From assembly GCA_003153015.1 (NCBI GenBank), contig PMBS01000138.1, forward strand, positions 55,482 through 116,419: a DNA stretch of 60,938 nt, in the 5' to 3' direction. The position numbers were made by a program, and so were the translations under genes. This stretch comes from Myxococcales bacterium. Its GTDB lineage: Bacteria > Myxococcota_A > Polyangia > Fen-1088. Below the pieces are notes generated by a model. It saw only the letters and a program-made list of their open reading frames with translations. It ran no database searches and was not told where the DNA came from. Below are positions 17,895-26,829 of this stretch, one piece after another (the first letter of the stretch is position 1; each line of letters begins with the position of its first letter).

Positions 17895-17985
17895 CGGCCG
17901 TAAGCTAGCTTGTTCGCACACAGAATGCAGAGGACGCAGAGATCGGAAGATAAGATAGGGTTAGGACAGAGGAAAAGCTAACTTC

Positions 17986-18783
17986 CTACATTGCGAAGGC
18001 GATGCCGGTCACGCTGAACTTCGCGACGCGGTTGAGCCAGGCCAACCAGCGGGCGTGGGGATAGTAGTAGCGGGCGATGTCCACGGCGGCGATGCCGAAT
18101 ATCATTGAACTGAGCAAGAGGCGCGGAGCACCGCCGTCACGATGGATGCCGCGGATATCGCCGTCGGTGGGTTCCACGCCGGCCCAATTCGCGAGCACGT
18201 AGCCAATGGACAACAGGGTATTGAAAGCCAGCATGCCCTTGCGAAAGGGCGCGTTGTCCATGCGCAGCCCAGGTCGCCGGGTAAGGATGACCTCGTCTTC
18301 GTACTGCTGGCACTGGATACCTGCCGACACGATGGTGTAAAGCCCGGGCCGGCCAGGCCAGAAAGGCTGGCCGTTGTGTTTGGTGCAGGCACCGTCCCGG
18401 CAATGGATTGAAGGAACGATGGCAAAGTAGGGGATGAAACCCAGGAAGGTCACGGACTCGAACCCGGGTCGGTTGCCCATGGCCAGGTTCGTGATGAGGT
18501 GGCAGGATTCGTGCGCGGCCAAGGCGGTGATTGCGCCGCCGGCGAAGATCGCGGCCGAGCGCCATGTGAACTGCCGGGGCGTGAGTTCGGGTGGCGCAGT
18601 GGCTACGTGCAGGTCAGGGGCAAGAGGTGCGGGCGGTGCACTCTCAGCCGCCGGCGGGCTCGCCTGGCGCGCTTCGGGCAGGGGCGTTTCCTCGGCAACT
18701 GTCGACCCGGCGGCCAGCGCAGGGGCCAGGAACACGAGTGCCGCTAGGCGCCTCCGAAACTCTGCCGGTAGGTTCCGTTTCAT
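17986..18783 (-). CDS. Hypothetical membrane protein with an HExxH motif at the start of a hydrophobic segment.
   Basis: MKRNLPAEFRRRLAALVFLAPALAAG (signal/anchor), Pro/Ala-rich spacer, AIFAGGAITALAAHESCHLITNLAMG (HESCH = HExxH), and further hydrophobic segments. Divergent from the giant gene. Confidence 0.6.
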   Translation of the reverse strand: MKRNLPAEFRRRLAALVFLAPALAAGSTVAEETPLPEARQASPPAAESAPPAPLAPDLHVATAPPELTPRQFTWRSAAIFAGGAITALAAHESCHLITNLAMGNRPGFESVTFLGFIPYFAIVPSIHCRDGACTKHNGQPFWPGRPGLYTIVSAGIQCQQYEDEVILTRRPGLRMDNAPFRKGMLAFNTLLSIGYVLANWAGVEPTDGDIRGIHRDGGAPRLLLSSMIFGIAAVDIARYYYPHARWLAWLNRVAKFSVTGIAFAM

Positions 18784-19078
18784 CGTTGCGGAGTTCTAGC
18801 TAGCCACGGCCTGGCGGGAAATCCGGGGGCGCACGCTGGCCGACCGGCGCCGGCGGTACTTGCAGAATTGGTGTGGCACCCGAAAAGGTTGAGGCTGGCC
18901 GGGCCGGAATGTCAACGATCCTTCGCGGCGGTTGGCTGGTCGGGACGTCAGCTCTACAGGTGATAGAAAACCAACACGAAACGTTGATTCCTTGGCAGGA
19001 GCGCCGGGAATTGCATGCAATTGGGCCAATTTCCGGCAAAGGCTGATCTGGTACCGGTCTTGCTGTGCGCGATGGTTG

Positions 19079-22000
19079 ATGAAATGCGGCCCACGGTCTC
19101 CCCTCCTCCTGCGCCTCTGGCTGGCGGTCGTGCCGGTTTCGCTATCTGCTCTGGCCTGGGCGGGTGGCCCGGGCCTGGGATCCGTGGGCCGACTGGTTGG
19201 TGCAGAACTCGGCACCGCATCCTATGCGGTCCGTGCTGCTGCCCGGGCCGCCGGCCGGATCTGTAGCGAAACCCAGGCCGCGCTCGTCTGTGAGAGCACC
19301 CCGCAAATTCCTGCCCAGACGACCTACTGGCTCAGCGACGGCCAGGTCTCGCGCGTCTACCTGGTCGCCCGGCCCGGCGGAACGCAGTTTGCTGATTTCG
19401 ACCGAGTTTTCCAGGATCTCCGCGCTCGCGTGCAAGCCGAACTTGGCCGCGAGCCCAGCGAGGATCGAAGCTTGCCGCCCTGGCTGGCTAGCCTGCCCGC
19501 AGAACAGCAGGACCGAGTATTTGTCGAACAGCGCCTAGTGGCCACCTGCCGCTGGCCGCTTCCTTTCGTGCTTGTCAGTCTCTCCCTACGCAGCGAGCAG
19601 GGAGCCCCCATTGTAGTGCTGGCAATCGAGCCGGATTTCGATTGCTCGCCCAAGACCCTGGCCGCAGCCCTGTTGGATCTGCATCCTCCGGCCGAACCCC
19701 GCACCCGCGCTTTGAGTGCGCGTCTGGTGGCGACCTGCGCGGGCACCCGGGCGGCGGGCGCGCTGGCTGCGTCGTTGGCTCAGGATCCGGAACCCGCGGT
19801 ACGCATCGAGGTGGCACGCGCACTTGGCAACGCGCCTTCGCCCGTCGCGCGCCAGGCTCTGGAAGATGCCGCCCGAAACCAGAATGAACCAGCGGTACAG
19901 CGGGAAGCCTTGCGGGCGCTGGTGCGGCAGGGCTCGTCCAAGTCGGTGAGTGCTCTCGCGGCCGATACCGGCCAGCCCGCAGCCTTGCGCCGCCTGGCCA
20001 AAGACGTGATGGCCGAAGCGGCCAAACGCGCGGCACCAGCAGCGCCGGCTGTGGCAGGCGGTCCAGCCCCGGCTTTACCAGCAACGGCAAGCCCCGGCGC
20101 GGCCGCCAGGTTCAGTCGAGAAGCTCCGCAGCCTGTTGCGACAGGCACCTTGGCTATGTCCCCACTGTCCGTACAACCCACGGACAAGGTGGCCCTCCCG
20201 CCCAATCAGCCGGCCCCGGTAGCGTCGCCATTGCCCGAGCCGCCCCCTGCCGACGGCACCGCTCTGGCCATCGTCACCTCAGCGGCGGCGGGTGGCTTCT
20301 GGGGTGGCAGCCTCTCTCTGCTCGCCCAGCAGAACAACACCGGCGTGGTGGCGCTGGTGGGCGGCGCAGGCGCGGTCATCGGCGGCGGCACCGCATGGGG
20401 TATCACCCGCTTCGGCTTGCGGCCCACAGCAAAGCAGGCCTTCTGGTATGCCAACGCGACAGCGTGGGGATCCCTTGCCGGGCTGATGGCATGGTCAGGC
20501 AGCGGATCAGACAACCCCAAGTTGAAGTACGGCCTGCTGGTAGGGGGCGAGACCGCGGGCATCGCCATGGGCATTGCCGGCGCGCGCCTGTGGTCGTGGA
20601 CGCCGGGTCAGATCGGGCTGGCCAACAGCTTGCTCGTAGGCGCTGCTCTGGCCGGCATGGGAGTCGACCGCTTGATTGAGCCGGAGTGGTCAACGCGGGT
20701 TCCGGCGGCGGTCGGCTACGGCGTGGCGCCGGCCATGTTGGCGGCGGCAGTGGTTGCGCGCCACCTGCCTGTCACCAGCAATGACGTGGTCATGATGAGC
20801 ATGGGCAGTCTTTGGGGTGGCTGGACAGGCAGCTTGATCGCCAGCGGGGCTGCCGGCCAGTCGTGGTTAGGTAGCCACCAGGGACAGGGCGGACTGATGC
20901 TGGGTCTGGGCGCCGGGTTTTTGGGTATGGCCGCCCTGAGCCCATTCGTAGAAGTGGAGCCGCGCTACTCGCTGGCCCTACCAGGCGCCATGGTGGTGGG
21001 CAACCTGTTCGGACTGGGCACGGCCATGCTGGCTGAGCCGAGTGGTCCGCACTGGGCTTTGGGAGCGGGCTTGGGGGGCGTGGGCTACACACTCGGCGCC
21101 CTTTCGCTGGCTTCCCACCTCCGGCCGGGACCTGCCTGGCTGGGAATGACCACAATGGGAACTGTGTATGGCGCGGGAACCTGGCTGCTGGCCAGCGCAG
21201 CCGCCGCGACCGGCAGCAAAGCGCGGATGGCTGGGGGCGCGATGGTGGGCGGCGTGGCAGCCGGAAGCTTGGGTCTGGTCGTCTCGCAGTACTTTCGTCC
21301 CGAACCCGAAGACCACGCGACCGCAGGGGCGGCAGCGGCGGCCGGCCTGAGCGTAGGCATGGGCCTGGCCAAGCTGACGACTGACGACAAGGGGACGCCC
21401 GAACTGGTTGGCGTGTTGTCGGGCGCAGCTACGGGTTTTGCCGGCGGCGCGCTCTTTGCCCACTATGGTCGCTTGCGGCCACCCAGCCTGCTGGCCGGGG
21501 CCATGGCGGGCGGTTACGGGCTGCTGGTGGGCAGCTTGGCGCCCACTTTGGATAACGATACGTGGTCCAATTCGCGGCGCACGGCGGGCGGATCGTGGTT
21601 GGGCCTTGGGCTGGGCGTGCTGGGGGGGACTGCGCTGGCCCAGTGGCAAGATGTCAGCTACCGCCAGAACCTATTCGCGCTTCTGGCTGGGACGTTGGGT
21701 GAGGGCATCGGCGCCGGGGCCGGTCTGATGCTCCCGGACGCGACCTCGCGCTCAACCCGCATTGGTGCAGTGGCGGGCCCGACAGTACTGACCGCGGGCG
21801 CCCTCTTGCTCGACCGCAGACTGCATCTCTCCGAGGGCGTGGGTCCGCAATGGACGTCGCTTTCAGCCATGGGCATCGGCGTGGGCATGCTCGACGGCGC
21901 GCTAGCTGCGCGGGTAATGGTTTCCGACGACAGTGCGGTGGCCAAGCGACAGACTGAGGGCGGGCTTCTTCTGGGAGCTAGTGTCGGCCTCGCCTCGGGT

Positions 22001-24820
22001 TTGGTTCTATCCAAGTACGTCGCGCCGACTGGCCAAGACTACCTCACAGTCGGGGCGGCGAGCCTGTTGGGACTGGCGCTGGGGCAGGGCGTGGGCCAGT
22101 TGGCAGTGGCGCCGGACAGGCAGAGCGACTGGCTGCCCCCTTTGCGGCTGGCGGGCGCGTTGACTGGGCTTGCTGGCAGCACGCTGGTCGCGCACAGCCT
22201 GCAGTTGGGTTGGATGGACATGGGCGCCGCTGCCTACGGGACGGGGTATGGCGCTCTACTGGGGCTTTTCGCTTCGTCGCTGGGCGAGCCGCTCTGGCAC
22301 AACGATCGCTTCAGCCAGGGTGGCGCCTTCGTGGGCATGGCCTTGGGCGGGGTAGCGGCGGCGGCAGCGGAGCACGTGACCGGCGCCAGAGCAGCCCAGG
22401 TCAATTTCGTCGCAGCAGCGACCGCCCTGGGTCTGGGCGCCGGCTATGGGCTGGGCCTGGCCTTGCCCTATGACTCCAGCCAACCCGAGCGCGTGGGCCT
22501 GGTGGCAGGCAGCGCCGGTTTTCTCGCTGGGGCGGTCGCGCTCGACTACAAGTTGCACCTTTCGAGCGGCGAGGGGTTGCACCTGCCCGTGCTGATGTCT
22601 TCTGCCGGCTTGCTGGTGGGCGGCGTCGAGGGCGCGCTTTTGGCCGGAGCCATGGATGGAAGCGGTCTGCTCGGTCACACGCCCGGCAGTCGGGTGGCTG
22701 GCGGTGTTCTCTTTGGCACTTCCTTGGGCGCCGGCTCGGGCTTCCTCTTGGCGCGCGTGTTGCGGCCGAGCGAGGGCGACATCCTGCTCAGCATGGGAGG
22801 CGGGGTACTCGGGGGAGCGCTGGGGCTAGGCACGTCAATGCTAATTGCACAGACCGCTGGCCGCAGCGACACCTTGTTTGCCCTGAGCGGGTCCCTGGGT
22901 CTGATGGCAGGCACTGCGCTGGCTACTCACTGGGACGGCCTTCATTTGGCCGCGCCGCCGCTTTTGACCGGGCTCGGCTACGGCGCGCTGGCCGGCGCGT
23001 TGGCGCCCAGTCTGGGTGACGAGACCTGGCCGGGCTGGACGCGCAAGAGCACGGGCGGTCTTCTGGTCGGCGGCGCAAGCGGGGCGCTGGCCGGGACGCT
23101 GCTGGGCCAAGTAACCCACGCCACGAATCGGCAGTCCGGCCTGGCTGCCCTGGGTGGGGCCGACGGTCTGGCGGCCGGTTTGGGCTTCGGGCTTCTGCTC
23201 GACGATCGCAACAGCCAGGGGGCTCGCATCGGCGTGGTGGCTGGCAGTGCTGCGGGCCTGGCGGTGGGGGCCACCCTGTGGCCGCGCATCACCTTGGACG
23301 ATTCTGATCCCTACCTGATCGGCGGCTTGGCTGCGCTGGGCCTGTGGAATGGTGCATGGCTGCCCGCGCTGAGCCACGCCAAGTTCTCGGAAGTCAGTGC
23401 CACCCAGCAATGGGGCGGGCTGCTAGCTGGCGGAGCCACAGCGTCGCTGGCGGCCACTGGGCTGGCGTCCTTCTTGAAGGTCGACAAGGACCTGATGGCC
23501 GATGGGCTCTTCATGGACTTTCTGTTGACCGGTGCTGCCGCCGGCGCAGGTGCTTTGGCCAGCGAGCGTGCTGATGTGCGCGTGGCTTCCATGTTGGGCG
23601 GCGGGTTGGCTGGCTTGGTGCTGGGCTCCGCTTTGCACAACAGCATCAACATGACCACCGAGGACGTGCCTTTGCTCACCTTGTCCTCGCTGGAAGGACT
23701 GTGGCTGGGCGCCTGGCTGCCGCGCGTCCTGTACAAGGGCGAAGATGTGAACCAGCGGAACCAAGTCGGCGGTCTGGTCGCGGGCGGGGTAGGGGGCTTC
23801 GCCATTGCCACTCTAGCCAGTCACTGGGTCGAGCCCGACGGCAATGAGGCTGTAGTGGCGGGCACGACCAGCGCCCTTGGCGCGGCGCTGGCCGGTGGCT
23901 CAGTCCTTCTGGCCGATGATCTCCACAACCGCGGCGGGGTTGCCATCATGTTGGGTGGAACTGCGGCTGGTCTTGGCGTCGGCATTGCACTCGCCCCGCG
24001 CTTGACCCTTGCGGCAGAGACGTCCGCATACCTTGCCGGCGGTGCGCTGCTGGGTGCGGGTGAGGGTCTGGTATTCGCGTGGGCAGGGCGAGCCTCGACC
24101 AACGTGGACTATGCGGGCGCAGCTTTGCTGGGAGGCGGGCTGGGCGCCAGTTTGGGGTTGGCAAGCGGCGTGGGACCCAGCCAAGGTGCCGGCCGCACTT
24201 TGGCCGCCGGGGGCTTCGCAGCCTGGGGCGCCTGGGTGGGCGCGTTCAGCGGCGCACTGGCCAACCGCGATCCGCACGAAGTGACGCTGGGCGGGCTGGC
24301 GGGTGCCAACCTGGGAGCCGCCGTGGGCTATAGCCTGCTGGCCAGGGACTGGGTCGAGCCGCGCGACTTTGGCTGGATCTCGCTCTTTGGCGCTGCGGGA
24401 GCTGTACTGGGCGGTGGCGTGGGCGCAATCTTGTCGTCGCAGGCCGACCCACGGCCGGTGCTGGCGGGGTTGACCATTGGCCCGGCAGTGGGCATCACTG
24501 CGGGCGCATTGGTGCTGCCGCGGTTGCATTCCTACCTTCGCGGCAGCAGTGATCCGGTCAGCTACTTCGATCTGGGCAGGCGCCAGGTGGCGGCCATGTC
24601 GGTGTCCCTGGCTGACGGCACGCCTGCGGCGGATGCCTCATCGGCCGATGTGCTAGCCGCGCGCAAAGCGCCCGGGCTTCTGCGCCGGATGGCCGGCCAC
24701 CTGGGCCAGGCGTTTCAGATCACGGAATGGGCGCCCATGGTGGGGGCACTGCCGCCCGTGCCGGGTGCGCCCAGTGGGTCCAATCCCTTCATCTTTGGTG
24801 TATCGGGCTTCTGGAAGTAG
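19079..24820 (+). CDS. Giant HEAT-repeat protein with a C-terminal tandem array of Gly/Ala-rich hydrophobic (glycine-zipper/TM-like) modules.
   Basis: Uninterrupted ORF 18932..24820. ATG 19079 gives MKCGPRSPLLLRLWLAVVPVSLSALAWAG. HEAT-like DPEPAVRIEVARALGNAPSPVARQALEDAARNQNEPAVQREALRALVRQG. From about nt 20270 there is a continuous run of GxxxG-rich hydrophobic segments with ~240-aa periodicity (see findings). Confidence 0.75.
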   Translation: MKCGPRSPLLLRLWLAVVPVSLSALAWAGGPGLGSVGRLVGAELGTASYAVRAAARAAGRICSETQAALVCESTPQIPAQTTYWLSDGQVSRVYLVARPGGTQFADFDRVFQDLRARVQAELGREPSEDRSLPPWLASLPAEQQDRVFVEQRLVATCRWPLPFVLVSLSLRSEQGAPIVVLAIEPDFDCSPKTLAAALLDLHPPAEPRTRALSARLVATCAGTRAAGALAASLAQDPEPAVRIEVARALGNAPSPVARQALEDAARNQNEPAVQREALRALVRQGSSKSVSALAADTGQPAALRRLAKDVMAEAAKRAAPAAPAVAGGPAPALPATASPGAAARFSREAPQPVATGTLAMSPLSVQPTDKVALPPNQPAPVASPLPEPPPADGTALAIVTSAAAGGFWGGSLSLLAQQNNTGVVALVGGAGAVIGGGTAWGITRFGLRPTAKQAFWYANATAWGSLAGLMAWSGSGSDNPKLKYGLLVGGETAGIAMGIAGARLWSWTPGQIGLANSLLVGAALAGMGVDRLIEPEWSTRVPAAVGYGVAPAMLAAAVVARHLPVTSNDVVMMSMGSLWGGWTGSLIASGAAGQSWLGSHQGQGGLMLGLGAGFLGMAALSPFVEVEPRYSLALPGAMVVGNLFGLGTAMLAEPSGPHWALGAGLGGVGYTLGALSLASHLRPGPAWLGMTTMGTVYGAGTWLLASAAAATGSKARMAGGAMVGGVAAGSLGLVVSQYFRPEPEDHATAGAAAAAGLSVGMGLAKLTTDDKGTPELVGVLSGAATGFAGGALFAHYGRLRPPSLLAGAMAGGYGLLVGSLAPTLDNDTWSNSRRTAGGSWLGLGLGVLGGTALAQWQDVSYRQNLFALLAGTLGEGIGAGAGLMLPDATSRSTRIGAVAGPTVLTAGALLLDRRLHLSEGVGPQWTSLSAMGIGVGMLDGALAARVMVSDDSAVAKRQTEGGLLLGASVGLASGLVLSKYVAPTGQDYLTVGAASLLGLALGQGVGQLAVAPDRQSDWLPPLRLAGALTGLAGSTLVAHSLQLGWMDMGAAAYGTGYGALLGLFASSLGEPLWHNDRFSQGGAFVGMALGGVAAAAAEHVTGARAAQVNFVAAATALGLGAGYGLGLALPYDSSQPERVGLVAGSAGFLAGAVALDYKLHLSSGEGLHLPVLMSSAGLLVGGVEGALLAGAMDGSGLLGHTPGSRVAGGVLFGTSLGAGSGFLLARVLRPSEGDILLSMGGGVLGGALGLGTSMLIAQTAGRSDTLFALSGSLGLMAGTALATHWDGLHLAAPPLLTGLGYGALAGALAPSLGDETWPGWTRKSTGGLLVGGASGALAGTLLGQVTHATNRQSGLAALGGADGLAAGLGFGLLLDDRNSQGARIGVVAGSAAGLAVGATLWPRITLDDSDPYLIGGLAALGLWNGAWLPALSHAKFSEVSATQQWGGLLAGGATASLAATGLASFLKVDKDLMADGLFMDFLLTGAAAGAGALASERADVRVASMLGGGLAGLVLGSALHNSINMTTEDVPLLTLSSLEGLWLGAWLPRVLYKGEDVNQRNQVGGLVAGGVGGFAIATLASHWVEPDGNEAVVAGTTSALGAALAGGSVLLADDLHNRGGVAIMLGGTAAGLGVGIALAPRLTLAAETSAYLAGGALLGAGEGLVFAWAGRASTNVDYAGAALLGGGLGASLGLASGVGPSQGAGRTLAAGGFAAWGAWVGAFSGALANRDPHEVTLGGLAGANLGAAVGYSLLARDWVEPRDFGWISLFGAAGAVLGGGVGAILSSQADPRPVLAGLTIGPAVGITAGALVLPRLHSYLRGSSDPVSYFDLGRRQVAAMSVSLADGTPAADASSADVLAARKAPGLLRRMAGHLGQAFQITEWAPMVGALPPVPGAPSGSNPFIFGVSGFWK

Positions 24821-24826
24821 CCAGAG

Positions 24827-25906
24827 CTACTGGCGCAGCCAATTCACGACGAAGACACCGTGCCCGCCCCTGATGCCGCCTCCCAAGACAGCGCCGCCCG
24901 CGTCGGTGCTCAGCACGCTGTCAGGCCACGGGCCGTTGAGCGGGGCATTGGAGCCCAGAATGCAACTCGCGTCGCTGCACGCATCGAGCTTCCAGGCCAC
25001 GCCGCTGATGTTGTTCTGCGCCATCCATGCGAACCAAAGATTGGCCTCGTCTTCACAGACGTAGTCGTGGTCTTTGCCGGCCAGACCTCCGTCGGAATAG
25101 GTCGCGCCAAACTCGGTCACGAAGATGGGAAGCCCAGCGGCGATGGCAAGGTCGCCCTTGTCGCGGTACGGCTGGGTATGGGTACACGAGTAGAAGTGCA
25201 GGGTGTAGAGCAGGTTCGTCCCGACCACGGGATCGAGAGCCGCCTGATCGACATTCTGCGACCAGTTCGGCGTGCCTAGCACGATCAGGTTGTCCGGATC
25301 CACGGCCCGGATCGCCGCGACCACGGCCTCGTGGTAGGGCTTGATCTGCGCCCAGGTGTACGGGTTCGGCTCGTTGTAGGGCTCCCAGATGACGTTGGGA
25401 TAGGCGCCGTACTTGGTAGCCATGGTGGAGAAGAATGCGACCGCCTCGGCCTGTTGAACCACGGCCTCCTCGGTGTGCCAGTCGACCAGCACGTACACGC
25501 CGAGATCGATCGCGTGCTGGACGATTTCTTCGACCTTGGTCTGCATGCCAGTGGGATTGGCGAGGTAGCCGCCCACCCCTCTGTCGGTCCCCATTGCGGC
25601 GCGGATCACTGACAGCTTCCAGTTGTCGCGCATGAACGTGAGTCCCTGCTGACTCTCGGCAAAGGGCGTGGTTTCCCAGTTGAGCCACATGCTACTCACG
25701 CCCTTGAGCTGGATAGGCGCCCCGGCGTGGTCCAGCAGCTGGCCTCCGACGACCTGGAGTTGCCCGTGGATGGCTACCGGCGAGCCCTGCGGAGCTGCGG
25801 TGGGGTCGGGAGGGACTTTCCAAAGGTCATTCTTAGGATCGCTGGCGCAACCCAGGGTCAAGAAGAGCGCGGTGAATGCTGCTATCGATAGCCTGTACGT
25901 ACGCAC
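24827..25906 (-). CDS. Glycoside hydrolase family 5 endoglucanase (cellulase) lipoprotein.
   Basis: GTG 25906 gives MRTYRLSIAAFTALFLTLGCAS (lipobox). The ORF extends to TTG 25948. GH5 motifs VLVDWHT, NVIWEPYNEPN (acid/base Glu), LHFYSCTH, LPIFVTEFGA (nucleophile Glu). Confidence 0.88.
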   Translation of the reverse strand: MRTYRLSIAAFTALFLTLGCASDPKNDLWKVPPDPTAAPQGSPVAIHGQLQVVGGQLLDHAGAPIQLKGVSSMWLNWETTPFAESQQGLTFMRDNWKLSVIRAAMGTDRGVGGYLANPTGMQTKVEEIVQHAIDLGVYVLVDWHTEEAVVQQAEAVAFFSTMATKYGAYPNVIWEPYNEPNPYTWAQIKPYHEAVVAAIRAVDPDNLIVLGTPNWSQNVDQAALDPVVGTNLLYTLHFYSCTHTQPYRDKGDLAIAAGLPIFVTEFGATYSDGGLAGKDHDYVCEDEANLWFAWMAQNNISGVAWKLDACSDASCILGSNAPLNGPWPDSVLSTDAGGAVLGGGIRGGHGVFVVNWLRQ

Positions 25907-26067
25907 GTGTGCATCCGTTCTAGGGGAGAGTCGCGAGCTGGTGGGCAAGGGCCAGGTCTTTCGTTTTTCTTCGACCTTGCTTTTCCTGATCGCATCGCAT
26001 GATGAGGGCCTTGCTTCTAGCGGACTTGGGGGACCGGGGCACGAACGATTTTCTGCGGTGTAGACTC

Positions 26068-26463
26068 ATGGGCATGTCGAGGCCCACTGCCGTGCACCAC
26101 ATCGCCATCAAGGTCAGGGATCTGGCGCGCGCCGAGCGCTTCTTTGTGCAGACATTGGGTCTTGCGGTCCTGCGGCGCTGGCCGGCGCAGGATGGTTCGG
26201 GCGAGCGCTCGCTCTGGCTCGACCTGGGAGCGGGCGCTTTCCTGGCTCTGGAGAGGTCGCCGAGCGAGAGCGAGGCGCTCGCGGCGGACGGGCCAGGTCT
26301 GCATCTGTTCGCGCTGCGCATCGAGCGCGCCGAGCGCCAGGCCTGGATCGATCGCCTCGCCAGCGCTGGGGTGCCGCCCTATGAACAGACGGCCTTCACC
26401 ATCTACTGCAAGGATCCCGAGGGCAACCGCATCGGACTGTCGCACTGGCCCGACCCAGTGTAG
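26068..26463 (+). CDS. VOC/glyoxalase-family protein.
   Basis: MGMSRPTAVHHIAIKVRDLARAERFFVQTLGL...LHLFALRIE...FTIYCKDPEGNRIGLS, the typical paired beta-alpha-beta-beta-beta VOC signature. Confidence 0.75.
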   Translation: MGMSRPTAVHHIAIKVRDLARAERFFVQTLGLAVLRRWPAQDGSGERSLWLDLGAGAFLALERSPSESEALAADGPGLHLFALRIERAERQAWIDRLASAGVPPYEQTAFTIYCKDPEGNRIGLSHWPDPV

Positions 26464-26487
26464 CGAAAAAGGGAGTAGACTCGGCCC

Positions 26488-26739
26488 ATGCGAGCCGTGT
26501 TTGTCATGCTGAAGACCGACCCGGGCCACGTGACCGAGGTGGCCAACTGCATCGCCGAGATCGAGAGTTTCTCGGAGGCCTATAGCATCAGTGGGCAGTA
26601 CGACCTGCTGGTCAAGCTGTACGTGGACGACGTGGACGGAGTGGGTCGGCTGATCGAGCAGCAGATTCACCCCATCCCGCACATCCGCGAAACCTATACG
26701 CTGCTGACCTTCGAGGCATTTGGGGTCTCCGGCGGGTAG
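26488..26739 (+). CDS. Stand-alone Lrp/AsnC ligand-binding (RAM) domain protein.
   Basis: MRAVFVMLKTDPGHVTEVANCIAEIESFSEAYSISGQYDLLVKLYVDDVDGVGRLIEQQIHPIPHIRETYTLLTF matches the AsnC-type effector-domain pattern. No HTH region. Confidence 0.75.
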   Translation: MRAVFVMLKTDPGHVTEVANCIAEIESFSEAYSISGQYDLLVKLYVDDVDGVGRLIEQQIHPIPHIRETYTLLTFEAFGVSGG

Positions 26740-26829
26740 GATTGGGTGCTCGCCCGTGGGGCTGCTACGCTGAGGCGATAAGGGACTACGGTGGTCGGGT
26801 TTTGCGCGGCCTCGACTGGGGAGGACACC

